DNA from: an uncultured delta proteobacterium | Lineage (GTDB): Bacteria; Desulfobacterota; Binatia; Binatales; Binataceae | Assembly: GCA_963842085.1 (NCBI GenBank) | Contig: CAWJET010000002.1 | Span: forward strand, 1,568,001 to 1,632,000 | Length of the DNA stretch: 64,000 bases | Direction of reading: 5' to 3' | Shown: positions 19,521 to 29,755 of the stretch, one piece after another | Layout of the letters: each line of letters begins with the position of its first letter | How positions within the stretch are numbered: the stretch's first letter is position 1 | Notes under the pieces: generated by a model | The model's database searches: none | What the model saw: only the letters and a program-made list of their open reading frames with translations | What the model was told of the DNA's origin: nothing | Position numbers and translations under genes: made by a program

Positions 19521-20921
19521 ATGGAACGGAAACATACGAATGAGCAGGTAAGAATTCCTTCCGATGCGATCCTGCTGGAAGGCACGCTGACGGTACCCGC
19601 AGGCGCAAAGGGTGTCGTGCTATTCGCACATGGAAGCGGCAGCAGCAGGCTAAGCCCGCGCAACACTTATGTCGCAAAGGCGCTGCAGAAAGCCGGCATC
19701 GGCACGCTGCTCTTCGATCTTCTAACCGACGACGAGGCCGCGGACCGCGAGAACGTTTTTGATATCGATTTTCTCGGTCATCGGCTGGTCGATGCAACGC
19801 GATGGCTCCGTTCGCGGACCGGCTACGCGAAATATGCAATTGGATATTTCGGCGCGAGCACGGGCGCCGCGGCCGCGCTGGTGGCCGCCGCGCGGGATTC
19901 CTCGGTCAAGGCGGTCGTCTCGCGCGGAGGCCGCCCTGACCTCGCGATGAAAGTCCTTCATCGGGTGAAAGCCCCGACCCTTCTCATCGTTGGCGGCGAC
20001 GACAGCCCGGTCATCGAGATGAACCAGGAGGCATTTGAACGACTCGGATGCGAGAAGGAGTTGAAGATCGTTCCAGGCGCGACTCATCTGTTCGAAGAGC
20101 CCGGAACTCTCGAGGAGGTAGTGAGGTTGGCGCGCGATTGGTTTGCGAGGCATCTCTCAAAGGACACGGCCGAGCAAGAGGCGTCGCCAGACTGCCCCTA
20201 CGACGATGAGGGCCTCGTGTTCGCCGATCGCGTCGACGCCGGCCGTAAGCTCGCCAGGCTGTTACTGAAATACAAAGGCCAGAATCCCGTCGTGCTGGGC
20301 GTGCCGCGCGGGGGCGTTCCGGTAGCCTTCGAGGTCGCTCGCGCATTGAACGCGCCGCTCGACGTTATCATCGTGCGCAAACTGGGGGCGCCAGGCGAGC
20401 CGGAGTTAGGCTTGGGCGCGGTGGTGGACGGCGACCATCCTGAAAAGATTCTCAATCGCGAAGTGATGAGCGCACTGAGAGTTTCGCCCGACTATCTGGA
20501 ACGCGAGATCCACAACCAGCTCAAGGAAATCCATCGCAGGAATCTGGTTTATCGTGGCGGGCGCCAGCGCGTCGAACTCAGAGATCGCGTCGTGATCGTC
20601 GTCGATGACGGAATCGCGACGGGCGGATCGATACGTGCAGCGCTGCGCGGAGTTCGGCAACAGGCGCCGAAGAAAGTGGTTCTCGCCGTTCCGGTCAGCC
20701 CCGCTGATACCATCGACTCGCTCCGCGACGAAGTGGACGAAGTCGTGTGCTTGAGCACTCCGGCGATGTTTTTCGGAATCGGCGAATTCTACAGGGATTT
20801 TCATCAGCTGGCGGATTCCGAAGTTATACGCCTGCTTGAACTCGCACAGCCAGAGCGACCATCCGCTGAGGCGCGGCACCAAGCGCAGCCGCACCCGCCT
20901 TCGAGGCATGCTGAACGATGA
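19521..20921 (+). CDS. Dienelactone-hydrolase-like alpha/beta hydrolase fused to a type I phosphoribosyltransferase
   Basis: HGSGSSRLSPRN, GASTG, SRGGRPDL, HLFEE; then FADRVDAGRKLA, PRGGVPV, VVDDGIATG. Confidence 0.9.
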   Translation: MERKHTNEQVRIPSDAILLEGTLTVPAGAKGVVLFAHGSGSSRLSPRNTYVAKALQKAGIGTLLFDLLTDDEAADRENVFDIDFLGHRLVDATRWLRSRTGYAKYAIGYFGASTGAAAALVAAARDSSVKAVVSRGGRPDLAMKVLHRVKAPTLLIVGGDDSPVIEMNQEAFERLGCEKELKIVPGATHLFEEPGTLEEVVRLARDWFARHLSKDTAEQEASPDCPYDDEGLVFADRVDAGRKLARLLLKYKGQNPVVLGVPRGGVPVAFEVARALNAPLDVIIVRKLGAPGEPELGLGAVVDGDHPEKILNREVMSALRVSPDYLEREIHNQLKEIHRRNLVYRGGRQRVELRDRVVIVVDDGIATGGSIRAALRGVRQQAPKKVVLAVPVSPADTIDSLRDEVDEVVCLSTPAMFFGIGEFYRDFHQLADSEVIRLLELAQPERPSAEARHQAQPHPPSRHAER

Positions 20922-20967
20922 AAGCGCGAAAATTCAATCGCGCAATAAAACACTAAGGAGCGAGCAA

Positions 20968-21567
20968 ATGCTGGCAAATCAATTCACAGAAGCCTTCCGC
21001 GAGGAGCACCGCCAGATGCGCGATATGCTGCTCGGCCTGATGGACGCTATCGAAGCCAATGACGTCGAGTCGATTCGGCGTGGAATCGGCGAGATGGTGG
21101 CGCACGCCGGTCCGCACTTTCATTACGAAGAGCAGGTCCTCTATCCGGCGCTCGCTGAAATCTATGGAGACGAATACGTCGAGAAGCTTGGTGCAGAGCA
21201 CGACGCTGCGCTCGAGGCCGTGCAGGAGCTGGCCGAATTGGCCGAGGCTGAAGAGATCACTCCGGAGCAGGCGGGATACGGCCTTGAACTCATCCGTCGA
21301 CTCCTGCCGCACGTCAGTGACCGCGACGGGCTTGCAGTGATCGTAGAGGTGCTGCCTGAAGAGACTGTTCAAGAGATCGTGCGCGGGCGTGAGAAATCGA
21401 AGCGTTCCGGTAAGACTCTGCTCGAGCTGGCCAAGGGTAAGAAGAAGGGCCGGCGCGCTGCACTCCGTGCTCGCGGGAAGGCGCGCAAGGCCGCTGCGAC
21501 GGCGAAATCCAAAGCAGTCCCTCGCAAGGCCAGGGCGAAGGCGAAAAGAGCTGGAAAGAAACCGTGA
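20968..21567 (+). CDS. Hemerythrin-like (HHE) domain protein with a Lys/Ala/Arg-rich tail
   Basis: EEH, HFHYEEQVLYP, EH, PH motifs; C-terminal KKKGRRAALRARGKARKAAATAKSKAVPRKARAKAKRAGKKP. Confidence 0.75.
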   Translation: MLANQFTEAFREEHRQMRDMLLGLMDAIEANDVESIRRGIGEMVAHAGPHFHYEEQVLYPALAEIYGDEYVEKLGAEHDAALEAVQELAELAEAEEITPEQAGYGLELIRRLLPHVSDRDGLAVIVEVLPEETVQEIVRGREKSKRSGKTLLELAKGKKKGRRAALRARGKARKAAATAKSKAVPRKARAKAKRAGKKP

Positions 21568-21701
21568 TCAGGCGGGGCGAATGGCGCCTCCTCTGAGAAC
21601 GCAGTAAGAGGGCGTCAACAGGTACAGTCAAACCTAAGGAGGCCCGGACGACGTCTGTCGCGGCGGCGCATCGATGTGTCCTTGGGTAGCGCCCGCATGC
21701 T

Positions 21702-22928
21702 GTGAAACCGCGAGATCAAACTTGGAATCGTCAGCAACGACTCATCGTTGCCAGCCTGTTCCTAACGCTATTTCTGGTTTTCGGTTCCGGTTTCAACACC
21801 GCCGGGGTGTTTTTCGAACCGCTATTGCGTCAATTCCAGTGGACGCGTGCGCGGCTCTCCTCTCTACAAACTGTACTCGGGCTTAGCGCTGGCGTGAGCG
21901 CGCCCTTCTTCGGCTGGCTGCTCGACCGAGTGGACGCCAGCGTGGTGATAGCGTCTGGCGTATGCGTGAGCGGTGCGGCCTTCCTGCTTGCCAGCCGTGC
22001 AAATTCATACGACACCTTCGTGATCGCATACGCGATGCTCGGAGTGGGGATCGCCGCGGCCACCCTCTTGCCGTGCTCACAGGTGTTGGCGAACTGGTTT
22101 GGCGAACGGCGCGGCACCGCGCTCGGACTTGCGATGTCTGGCGCCTCGCTGGGCGGAATGCTGATGACGCTGGTTGCGGCTGACGCGATAGGACACGCAG
22201 GATGGCGCACAGCTTATGTTGCCTTGGCGCTTCCGATGCTTCTCATCAATGTGCCGATAGTGCTCGCGGTCGTGAGGACGAGGCCGGAGACCGGCGCTCT
22301 GGCTGAAGCTCCGTCGTCAGCCTCAGGGCTTGAGATCAGCGCGGCGCTGCGCGGTCGTTCGTTCTGGATGATCGCGGCAGTGCAATTCGCCTTTGCTTTC
22401 GCGATAACCGGCGGTTCGCTTCACATGGTCCCCTACCTGATCGGAATCGGGTACGCCCCGACACATGCAGCGTTGGTGCTGAGCCTGACGTTCGGCCTTG
22501 CTGCGCTCGGTAAGCCGCTGAGTGGAGCTATCGCGGACCGGATCAGCGGACGTTTGGCACTCGCAATCTCAATGGCGATTGCGGCGGCAGGACAAATTAT
22601 TCTGCTCGGGGCGCGCAACGTCGGCCTGCTTGCCGCATACACCGTCATTTTCGGCCTCGCCTCCGGAGCGCCGCTTGCGCTGGTCCCAGATTTGACGGCG
22701 GATTCGCTCGGGCTGAAGCGGTTCGGCACGCTCTTGGGCCTAAGCGGAGTGTTCACAACGATCGGAGCTGCCACGGGACCCGTCGCGGCCGGATCGCTCT
22801 ACGACGCGGCGCACAACTACGTTGCAGCCTTCGTGATCTTTGCCGCAGTGCTCGTTGCGGGAGGTCTCGCCACACTCGGATGCGTCCCGCTGACTGACGA
22901 CGCGCAGGTCAGTCCGGAACCAGAGTAG
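21702..22928 (+). CDS. MFS transporter (OFA/monocarboxylate type)
   Basis: About 12 TMs; GWLLDRV, NWFGERRGTALG, GAIADRISGR. Confidence 0.9.
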   Translation: MKPRDQTWNRQQRLIVASLFLTLFLVFGSGFNTAGVFFEPLLRQFQWTRARLSSLQTVLGLSAGVSAPFFGWLLDRVDASVVIASGVCVSGAAFLLASRANSYDTFVIAYAMLGVGIAAATLLPCSQVLANWFGERRGTALGLAMSGASLGGMLMTLVAADAIGHAGWRTAYVALALPMLLINVPIVLAVVRTRPETGALAEAPSSASGLEISAALRGRSFWMIAAVQFAFAFAITGGSLHMVPYLIGIGYAPTHAALVLSLTFGLAALGKPLSGAIADRISGRLALAISMAIAAAGQIILLGARNVGLLAAYTVIFGLASGAPLALVPDLTADSLGLKRFGTLLGLSGVFTTIGAATGPVAAGSLYDAAHNYVAAFVIFAAVLVAGGLATLGCVPLTDDAQVSPEPE

Positions 22929-22970
22929 CGAGTTGGGGCATCTGCATTGCCAGCGCTGAGCGTCGATTTC

Positions 22971-24665
22971 TCAATCGACGAGGTCCCGATACTCGGGCCG
23001 GTAGACCAGTGATCTTAGGAAGGCACTCAGATCGTGAGGTTCGTTCACGCGGGCAAGACCACGGGCGAAAATCACCTCGGCGATTCGCCCGGCGACGTGC
23101 ATTTCAGTTTCGAAGATAGCGGACTGCGGAGGATAAACCAGCCCGCTCGCCAAGTCAGCCGGCGTGACGCGCTCGGCGAGCGCGCGGGCGGCCGCCAAGA
23201 ACATCTCGTCGGTGGCTCGCTTCGCGCGAGTTGCATAGATAGCGAGACCCATCGCAGGGAAGATGTACAAATTGTTGCATTGGCCGGGAACCAGGCGTCG
23301 GTCGCCATATTGCACAGGTTGGAACGGGCTGCCGCTCGCAAATACTGCGCGCCCCGCCGACCACTGGTACGCTTCCTCCGCCGTACACTCGGAACGCGAA
23401 GTTGGATTGGACAACGCGAAGAGGATCGGACGGCGGTTGATTCTCGCCATCGCCTCTATGACGCTCTGGCTGAAGGCTTTCGCGGCGGTGCTAACCCCGA
23501 CAATCATGGTCGGCTTGAGCGATTCGATCGCGGCGACGAAGTCCCTCGTCGATGCGTGCCGATGCGCATACGGCCGCTGGAAATCAGTAACGTCATCGCG
23601 CGTCGATTCGACCAAGCCGTTGCGATTGAAGAGCCAAATCCGCGCGCGAGCCTGCTCGGCTGAAATTCCTTTCGCGATCATCGACTGAGTAAGTAGATCG
23701 GCGATGCCAACTCCAGCCGAGCCGGCGCCCAGGAAAAGAAACGTCTGGTCGATGAGACTTCCGCCCGTGATGCGCAAGGCGCTCAAGATCCCCGCGAGCA
23801 CGACCGCCCCGGAACCTTGAATGTCGTCGTTGAAGCAACAGATACGTTCGCGATAACGCGCAAGCAGCCGAAACGCGTCGGCCCGCGCCCAATCTTCGAA
23901 CTGGATGCAGCAGTCGGGGAATTCTTCCTGGACGGCGGCAACGAACTTCTCGACGAACGCATCGAGTTCGGCGACCGAAGGACGCGGCTGACGGAGCCCC
24001 GTATAAAGCGGGTCGCGAATCAACTTTTCGTTGCCGGTTCCGCAATCGATCATGACCGGTATCGAAAGCTCCGGCGGAACTCCGGCGCACGCCGTGTAGA
24101 GCGCAAGCTTGCCGATCGGAATTCCCATCCCGTCGGCGCCGAGATCGCCGAGGCCCAAAATTCGTTCGCCGCTGGTGACCACAATGAATCGCACGTCTCG
24201 CTCGGCGGGCCAGTTCCGGAGAATCTCGCGCACTTCGCCCTTGCGATTGATCGAGACGTAAAGGCCTTTGGGCCGACGCATGATGCGGCTGAATTGGAGG
24301 CACGCGTCGCCGACGGTCGGAGTGTAGACGAATGGGAGCAATCGCGCGGGGTCCGACGTCAGCAGCCTATAGAAGAGCGTCTCGTCGATGTCCTGCAGTT
24401 CCGAGAGATAGAGGTATTTGTCCAGCGGCGACGTTCGCTGTTCGAGTTGCAACCGCGCTCGCTCGACCTGCGTGTCGAGGTTTTCGACGCCCTCCGGAAG
24501 CAGGCCCTTCAGTTTCAGCCCGACCCGCTCGGTCTCGGTGAAGCCGGTGAATTTGTTCTGATGCGGGTCGCGCAAGAGGTCGGCGCCGCGCGGTCTTGTG
24601 GTCATCGGAGAGTTCTCACTTTCGAATGCGGCGCAAACGAGTTCCACGAGTTGCATCCGCTCCAC
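22971..24665 (-). CDS. maeA: NAD-dependent malic enzyme (start may be ATG 24605)
   Basis: YTPTVG, ERILGLGDLG, IQFED, FNDDIQG, GAGSAG, LSNPT, GQCNNLYIFP. Confidence 0.9.
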   Translation of the reverse strand: MERMQLVELVCAAFESENSPMTTRPRGADLLRDPHQNKFTGFTETERVGLKLKGLLPEGVENLDTQVERARLQLEQRTSPLDKYLYLSELQDIDETLFYRLLTSDPARLLPFVYTPTVGDACLQFSRIMRRPKGLYVSINRKGEVREILRNWPAERDVRFIVVTSGERILGLGDLGADGMGIPIGKLALYTACAGVPPELSIPVMIDCGTGNEKLIRDPLYTGLRQPRPSVAELDAFVEKFVAAVQEEFPDCCIQFEDWARADAFRLLARYRERICCFNDDIQGSGAVVLAGILSALRITGGSLIDQTFLFLGAGSAGVGIADLLTQSMIAKGISAEQARARIWLFNRNGLVESTRDDVTDFQRPYAHRHASTRDFVAAIESLKPTMIVGVSTAAKAFSQSVIEAMARINRRPILFALSNPTSRSECTAEEAYQWSAGRAVFASGSPFQPVQYGDRRLVPGQCNNLYIFPAMGLAIYATRAKRATDEMFLAAARALAERVTPADLASGLVYPPQSAIFETEMHVAGRIAEVIFARGLARVNEPHDLSAFLRSLVYRPEYRDLVD

Positions 24666-24698
24666 GATCCGGTCGAATGTCTCTCCCTCGAGTCTTGG

Positions 24699-25679
24699 CT
24701 AGCCGATTCGTATGTCGAGGCGTTTATCATCGTGGCTCCACTTCGCCGACGTGTTCAGGCTCGCACAAAGATCCTGCATCTTGTCCGCTATGTTCCGCGC
24801 GCGGGCTCCTGCCATTCGCGCCTGCTGATCGGCGATTATCGTCGGCCAAAGATGTATGCTTCGCGGACGACCAACATTGTCCAGATCGATCGAAAAAACG
24901 AACGACTCGTCATTGCGTTCGAATTCATCGATCGCGTAGTCGTCAATAAAATTTCCTGCGCAGTAGATAATCGGCCGTTCGCGATAGAGCTCGATTCCAC
25001 GGAAGACATGACCCGAGTGTCCGAAGATTACGTCGGCTCCTTCACCGATCATGCGATGCGCAAAACGGATGTGCTCCTTGGGAGGATCGTAGCCCCAGTT
25101 CGGTCCCCAATGCACTGATACGATAGCGACCGCGCCCTGGCTTTTTAGGCCACCGATCTTCGCGAAGAGCTCGTGTGCGCGATCGTCCCTGACATCGACC
25201 GGAACGTAGTAGATTCCCTCTCGGTGGGCCGTCGCCTCCCACTGCGGCTCGTTATCGGTAAAGGCGACTAGAGCGATCGTCGCCCCCTTGAGTTTTGAGA
25301 ACGCCGCCCCGCACGCTCCCGAATGATTTAGCCCCGCACCCGCGTGGTTGATGTGGTTGGCGTCCAGCAGCTCCAGCATCTCACGCATCGCATCGTAGCC
25401 GAAATCTAAAGTGTGATTGTTCGCCAGAGAGACCGCATCGATGCGAGCCGCCTTCAGCACGGCGATGTTCTTTGCGTCTGAGCGGAAGTGAAAGGCCTTC
25501 GGAGTGAAGCTCCATGGAACTCCTCGGTCTGACATCACACATTCTAGATTGCACAATTGCCAGTCCGCTGCATGAAAGAGTCGTAAGGTGTCTCCCCACG
25601 GATACTCGGAACGAACCTGCCTGAGCGTCGCGTTGACGCCCCGTCCCAGCATCACGTCGCCGACCAGAACCAATCGCAC
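24699..25679 (-). CDS. CapA/PGA_cap-family metallophosphoesterase
   Basis: GDVMLGR, NLEC, LANNHTLDFG, SVHWG, GHSGH, GNFIDDY. Confidence 0.9.
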   Translation of the reverse strand: MRLVLVGDVMLGRGVNATLRQVRSEYPWGDTLRLFHAADWQLCNLECVMSDRGVPWSFTPKAFHFRSDAKNIAVLKAARIDAVSLANNHTLDFGYDAMREMLELLDANHINHAGAGLNHSGACGAAFSKLKGATIALVAFTDNEPQWEATAHREGIYYVPVDVRDDRAHELFAKIGGLKSQGAVAIVSVHWGPNWGYDPPKEHIRFAHRMIGEGADVIFGHSGHVFRGIELYRERPIIYCAGNFIDDYAIDEFERNDESFVFSIDLDNVGRPRSIHLWPTIIADQQARMAGARARNIADKMQDLCASLNTSAKWSHDDKRLDIRIG

Positions 25680-25815
25680 TTCGCCTTATCTCCTCTTCGC
25701 GAACAACCCAGCTTCGACGCTAAATCACGCGACAAAACTTCCCTCGAATTCAGGCATTTCCTTTCACTACGATCTTGATTGTCGCTATGAAGAGAGCGGC
25801 CAAGTTCAGAGTTTG

Positions 25816-26349
25816 TTAACCAGTCTCACGCTTCCAGGTCGCGAACAAGCTGCTGTCTTCGTCCGACCAATTGTATTTCGCGCAACCGCCAAAGACCTTC
25901 TCGAGTTCCCGGGCGATACGATGAGCGAGCTTCTGCGACGTAGTCAGTATCTCGAGCGTCTTGCCATCCCAATCTGCGGACAGTATCCGTCGCTCGGGTT
26001 GATTAGCCCTCGCACGACTGTCGACGTTGCCAATGCGGCGGCGAATCTGATCCAGATGCTCGCGTCCGAAGGCGCCGCTTACCAGGACCTTGCCGTAGGC
26101 GATGCCACTTTTCGCTTCCGCACACGCTGGGCATATGACCCAAGCGGCGCCAAAAAGCTTGTCGGTGGTAATGCGACCCGCCCGATGCCAGCTCTTGCGT
26201 TCGTACACAGCCCCGCACCGCTCGCATATCGAGGGGTCTTTGAAAGCCCCTCGCCGCCGAGCGACAGGCGGGCTCTTGTCGAAGCTCGTACCTTTGCGAT
26301 TCAGGCTGCGAATCAGGCCTCTCCCTTTCGGTCTATCGGTGCCTTTCAT
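25816..26349 (-). CDS. BCAM0308-family (NMD3-like zinc) protein
   Basis: CERCGAVY..W..CPAC, PERRI, TTSQKLAHRIAREL, W at the C-terminus. Confidence 0.75.
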   Translation of the reverse strand: MKGTDRPKGRGLIRSLNRKGTSFDKSPPVARRRGAFKDPSICERCGAVYERKSWHRAGRITTDKLFGAAWVICPACAEAKSGIAYGKVLVSGAFGREHLDQIRRRIGNVDSRARANQPERRILSADWDGKTLEILTTSQKLAHRIARELEKVFGGCAKYNWSDEDSSLFATWKRETG

Positions 26350-26455
26350 TGTTGGATGTCTCCAGTCGTATTCGGCAACAGTGAAAGCATCAGGTGTGCC
26401 GAGGTTGGTGCCCGTTATCCTGGTTAAGAACTCGTTGATGGTGTTGAGCCCTGAT

Positions 26456-26470
26456 TGGCACATGTGATGC
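26456..26470 (+). promoter_or_regulatory. Putative sigma54 promoter
   Basis: TGGCAC-ATGTG-ATGC upstream of the 26675.. gene run. Confidence 0.45.
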
Positions 26471-26674
26471 TCAACTGGGAACGTCGGAGTAAGTTACCCA
26501 GCAATTTTCCATGAGAATTCGAATTGCCGACTCCGATCGAGCCACCAAAGACTTTGGGCTGTCACGTTTGGATACAGAAGATGAGCATTGACAGCCGGGG
26601 GAAGGAGCCACTCGTGAATTTCGATGCGGCCACGCCAATCGACACCGAGGCCTCTATTCAGGAGGTGACCGCCG

Positions 26675-27025
26675 ATGAATTTTGGCACATTTAGTTTTGG
26701 CTCAATTGAAATCGACGGCAAATCATACGAACACGATGTGGTAGTCGACCGCGGAAGAATTCGCAAACGCAAGAAAAAAGCTTCACAGAAGTTCCGCGAA
26801 CAGTTCGGGCATACTCCGCTTTCGTTGGAAGAGGAAATCCCCTGGAAATGTCGGCGGCTGATAGTCGGCTCCGGAAAATACGGCGAGCTCCCGGTGATGA
26901 AAGAAGTGAAACGTGAGGCACAGCGGCGCGACGTGGATATTACGATTCTGCCGACGGATGCTGCGATTAAGGAGCTCGGCAAGAATCCGGCGAAGACGAA
27001 TGCGATCCTCCACGTAACGTGCTGA
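26675..27025 (+). CDS. Mth938/NDUFAF3-like (DUF498) protein
   Basis: FGSIEIDGKSYEHDV, LIVGSGKYG, PTDAAI, ILHVTC. Confidence 0.85.
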   Translation: MNFGTFSFGSIEIDGKSYEHDVVVDRGRIRKRKKKASQKFREQFGHTPLSLEEEIPWKCRRLIVGSGKYGELPVMKEVKREAQRRDVDITILPTDAAIKELGKNPAKTNAILHVTC

Positions 27026-27055
27026 ATGGTCCACCCGGCGAAGGAGTTCCTCGCG

Positions 27056-27532
27056 ATGGCACTGAAGCTGACCTCTCCCGCCTTTAAGAATCGCAGCGAG
27101 ATACCCCCCGTTTACACTTGCGACGGAAACGATCTTTCTCCTGCCCTGACCTGGTCGAACGTTCCGGAAGGAGCGCAAAGCCTCGCTTTAATCGCGGATG
27201 ACCCGGACGCCCCCGATCCGGCTGCGCCAAAAATGACCTGGGTGCATTGGGTACTTTACAACCTTCCGCCCACGCTCGACGGCCTGCCCGAGGGGGCCGG
27301 TTCGGCCAAAATGCCAAGCGGTACCCTGCCTGGCGTGAATGACTGGAAGCGCACCGGTTACGGTGGGCCATGTCCCCCAATCGGACGTCACCGATACTTT
27401 TTCAAGCTCTATGCGTTAAACAGAATACTGCCTGACCTCAATCGGCCAACCAAAGCAAAACTTGAAGCGGCGATGAAAGGTCATATCCTGGCCCAAGCGA
27501 CGCTGATCGGAACCTATCAACGCAAGCGTTGA
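27056..27532 (+). CDS. YbhB/YbcL PEBP-family protein
   Basis: YTCDG, DDPDAP, WVHWVLYN, YGGPCPPIGRHRYFF. Confidence 0.95.
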   Translation: MALKLTSPAFKNRSEIPPVYTCDGNDLSPALTWSNVPEGAQSLALIADDPDAPDPAAPKMTWVHWVLYNLPPTLDGLPEGAGSAKMPSGTLPGVNDWKRTGYGGPCPPIGRHRYFFKLYALNRILPDLNRPTKAKLEAAMKGHILAQATLIGTYQRKR

Positions 27533-27539
27533 GGCGTCG

Positions 27540-28448
27540 GTGCCGTTAACCGGCAAAGATCATAACTCCTTAACTAGCGAGATATCGGTGGAGGATTCCA
27601 AGGTCACGTTCCCAGATGGTGGCGATGCCGAAACGTCGCGGCCGATTTTCATCGGCCGGTTCGCTTTTGTACTCACCTTCCTGGCGCTGTACCTGGGTGT
27701 GATAACGTCGATCGCGGTAGCGGGGGCTGCGTCAGAGCGCACAACGTCGGCGACGATTCTCGTCTATCATCGGTTCGGGCCGGTGGTTGCCGACAGCATG
27801 ACGGTCACGACTGCGGTCTTCGCATCGCAGCTCCAGTATCTTCACGACAACGGCTACACTGTCGTCCCTCTGCACGATGTCGTGAATTTTGCCACAGGTC
27901 ACGGCGAGTTGCCGCCTCGCGCCGTCGCAATCACCGCCGACGACGGCCATCGCACAGTGTTCAGCGATATGAGGCCGTTGATCGAGCGCTATCGAATACC
28001 AGTGACACTATTCATCTATCCTTCCGCGATTTCGAACGCGTCGTATGCGATGACCTGGGAACAACTGGCGGAACTGAAGGCCACTGGATTCTTTTCAGTG
28101 GAATCCCACACGTATTGGCATCCGAATTTTCACATCGAGAAGCGCCGACTATCGGCCAAGGAATACACGAAGTTCGTGGACAGCCAGCTTGGAAAATCAC
28201 GCGAGATCTTGGAGCGGCGGCTCGGCGGCCATGTGACGATGTTGAGCTGGCCCTTCGGGATCTTCGATGATGAGCTAATCGCCGCCGCCAGAAAGTCCGG
28301 TTACGGAGCCGCATTTAGCATCGACCGACGCAAAGTCGTGCGCGGCGACAATGTTATGGCGCTTCCCCGCTTCATCGTTACCAATGGCGACATCGGACAA
28401 AGATTCGAAAGTTTGCTGCCCACTCAAACGCCAACAGCCAGTAGGTGA
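27540..28448 (+). CDS. Exported polysaccharide deacetylase (CE4); start uncertain
   Basis: ILVYHRF, ITADDG, ESHTYWHP, SWPFG. Confidence 0.85.
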   Translation: MPLTGKDHNSLTSEISVEDSKVTFPDGGDAETSRPIFIGRFAFVLTFLALYLGVITSIAVAGAASERTTSATILVYHRFGPVVADSMTVTTAVFASQLQYLHDNGYTVVPLHDVVNFATGHGELPPRAVAITADDGHRTVFSDMRPLIERYRIPVTLFIYPSAISNASYAMTWEQLAELKATGFFSVESHTYWHPNFHIEKRRLSAKEYTKFVDSQLGKSREILERRLGGHVTMLSWPFGIFDDELIAAARKSGYGAAFSIDRRKVVRGDNVMALPRFIVTNGDIGQRFESLLPTQTPTASR

Positions 28449-28451
28449 GCA

Positions 28452-29755
28452 TTGCGGTCGATATCGATCATTTTCACGTTGTTTTTGTTTATCTTCACGT
28501 CGTTGTTCAGGCCTCCGTCGGCATTGGCTTACACGGGGACTGTCATCGATAGCTCGACCAGGCTGCCGGTGGAGAATGCGATCGTGACTCTTAAGGACGT
28601 CGAGGTGCGAACCGATCACAATGGCAAATTCCAGATCACTGGCAATGGCGACATCCTCGGCTTTAGGGCTTACGGCTACAAACGTGAATCGATTCCGGTC
28701 GGTGAGTTGCAGGATCATTCGGAACCCATTGCGCTTACTCCCATGACCCCGAAGGCGCTATATCTTTCATTCTACGGCATCGGCAGCGCGAAGTTGCGCG
28801 AGGCGGCGTTCGGTCTCATCGACAAGACCGAACTAAATGCCGTTGTGATCGACGTCAAAGGCGATCGCGGGATGATCGCCTTCAAAACGTCGCTTCCGCT
28901 CGCCGAGCAGGCTCATTCGAACGAACTGACGACGATGCGCGATGCGAAGGCGATGATCGAACGGCTCCATCACGACAACATTTACGCGATCGCACGAATT
29001 GTCGTCTTCAAGGATGATCCGCTTGCGACCGCGCGACCGGACTTGGCGGTCAAGCGCGCCACCGGCGCGATCTTCAGGGACCGCGAACACCTTGCGTGGA
29101 CCGATCCCTTCAACACCGAGGTCTGGGACTACAATATCGCAATCGCGCTCGAGGCGGCGCGTCTCGGCTTTGACGAAATCCAGTTTGACTACGTACGCTT
29201 TCCCGACGCGCCAGGGCTTAAGTTCTCGGAGCCAACCGACATGAAGAGTCGCCTTGCAGCGATCTCGGGTTTCTGGCCGAGGCGCGGCGGCGCCTCACTC
29301 CCTACAACGTATTTGTTGCCGCGGACATCTTTGGCTACGTGACGTGGAACCTCGATGACACCCATATCGGGCAGCGGCTCGAGGAACTCGCGCCCATCGT
29401 CGACTACATCTCGCCGATGCTGTATCCGTCGTGTTTCCAGTTTGGCATCCCCGGCTATCGCAATCCTGTTGCGCATCCTTATGAGATCGTATTTCTTTCG
29501 CTGCAGAACGCGCGCGAGCGCGGAATCCCTTCGAACCGGTTTCGCCCATGGTTGCAGGCTTTTCGCGACTATGCCTTCGACCATAGAGAGTTCACCGGCG
29601 TACAGATCAGGCAGCAGATTTCGGCCGCCGAAAAATTCGGCTCCGACGGCTGGATGCTGTGGAATCCGCGCAACCAGTACACCGCCGACGGCCTCAAAGT
29701 CGAGAATGCGCCATGCAAGGATGACGCTCCGGAAGTGATACAATGGCCGCAATGA
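28452..29755 (+). pseudogene. Putative glycoside hydrolase (DUF4015-like) with an N-terminal carboxypeptidase-regulatory-like domain; frameshift near 29273
   Basis: AVVIDVKGDRG, RIVVFKD, FDEIQFDYVRFP; ISGF(L)AEARRRL..SPMLYPS..RPWLQAF continues in another frame. Confidence 0.8.

Noticed and set aside
23817-25118. Long antisense ORFs (e.g. 23817..25118, 56912..58126, 62905..63855, 50028..50912, 36634..37815)
   Set aside because: These are shadow or alternate frames of well-supported genes in GC-rich DNA, with no recognisable motifs.
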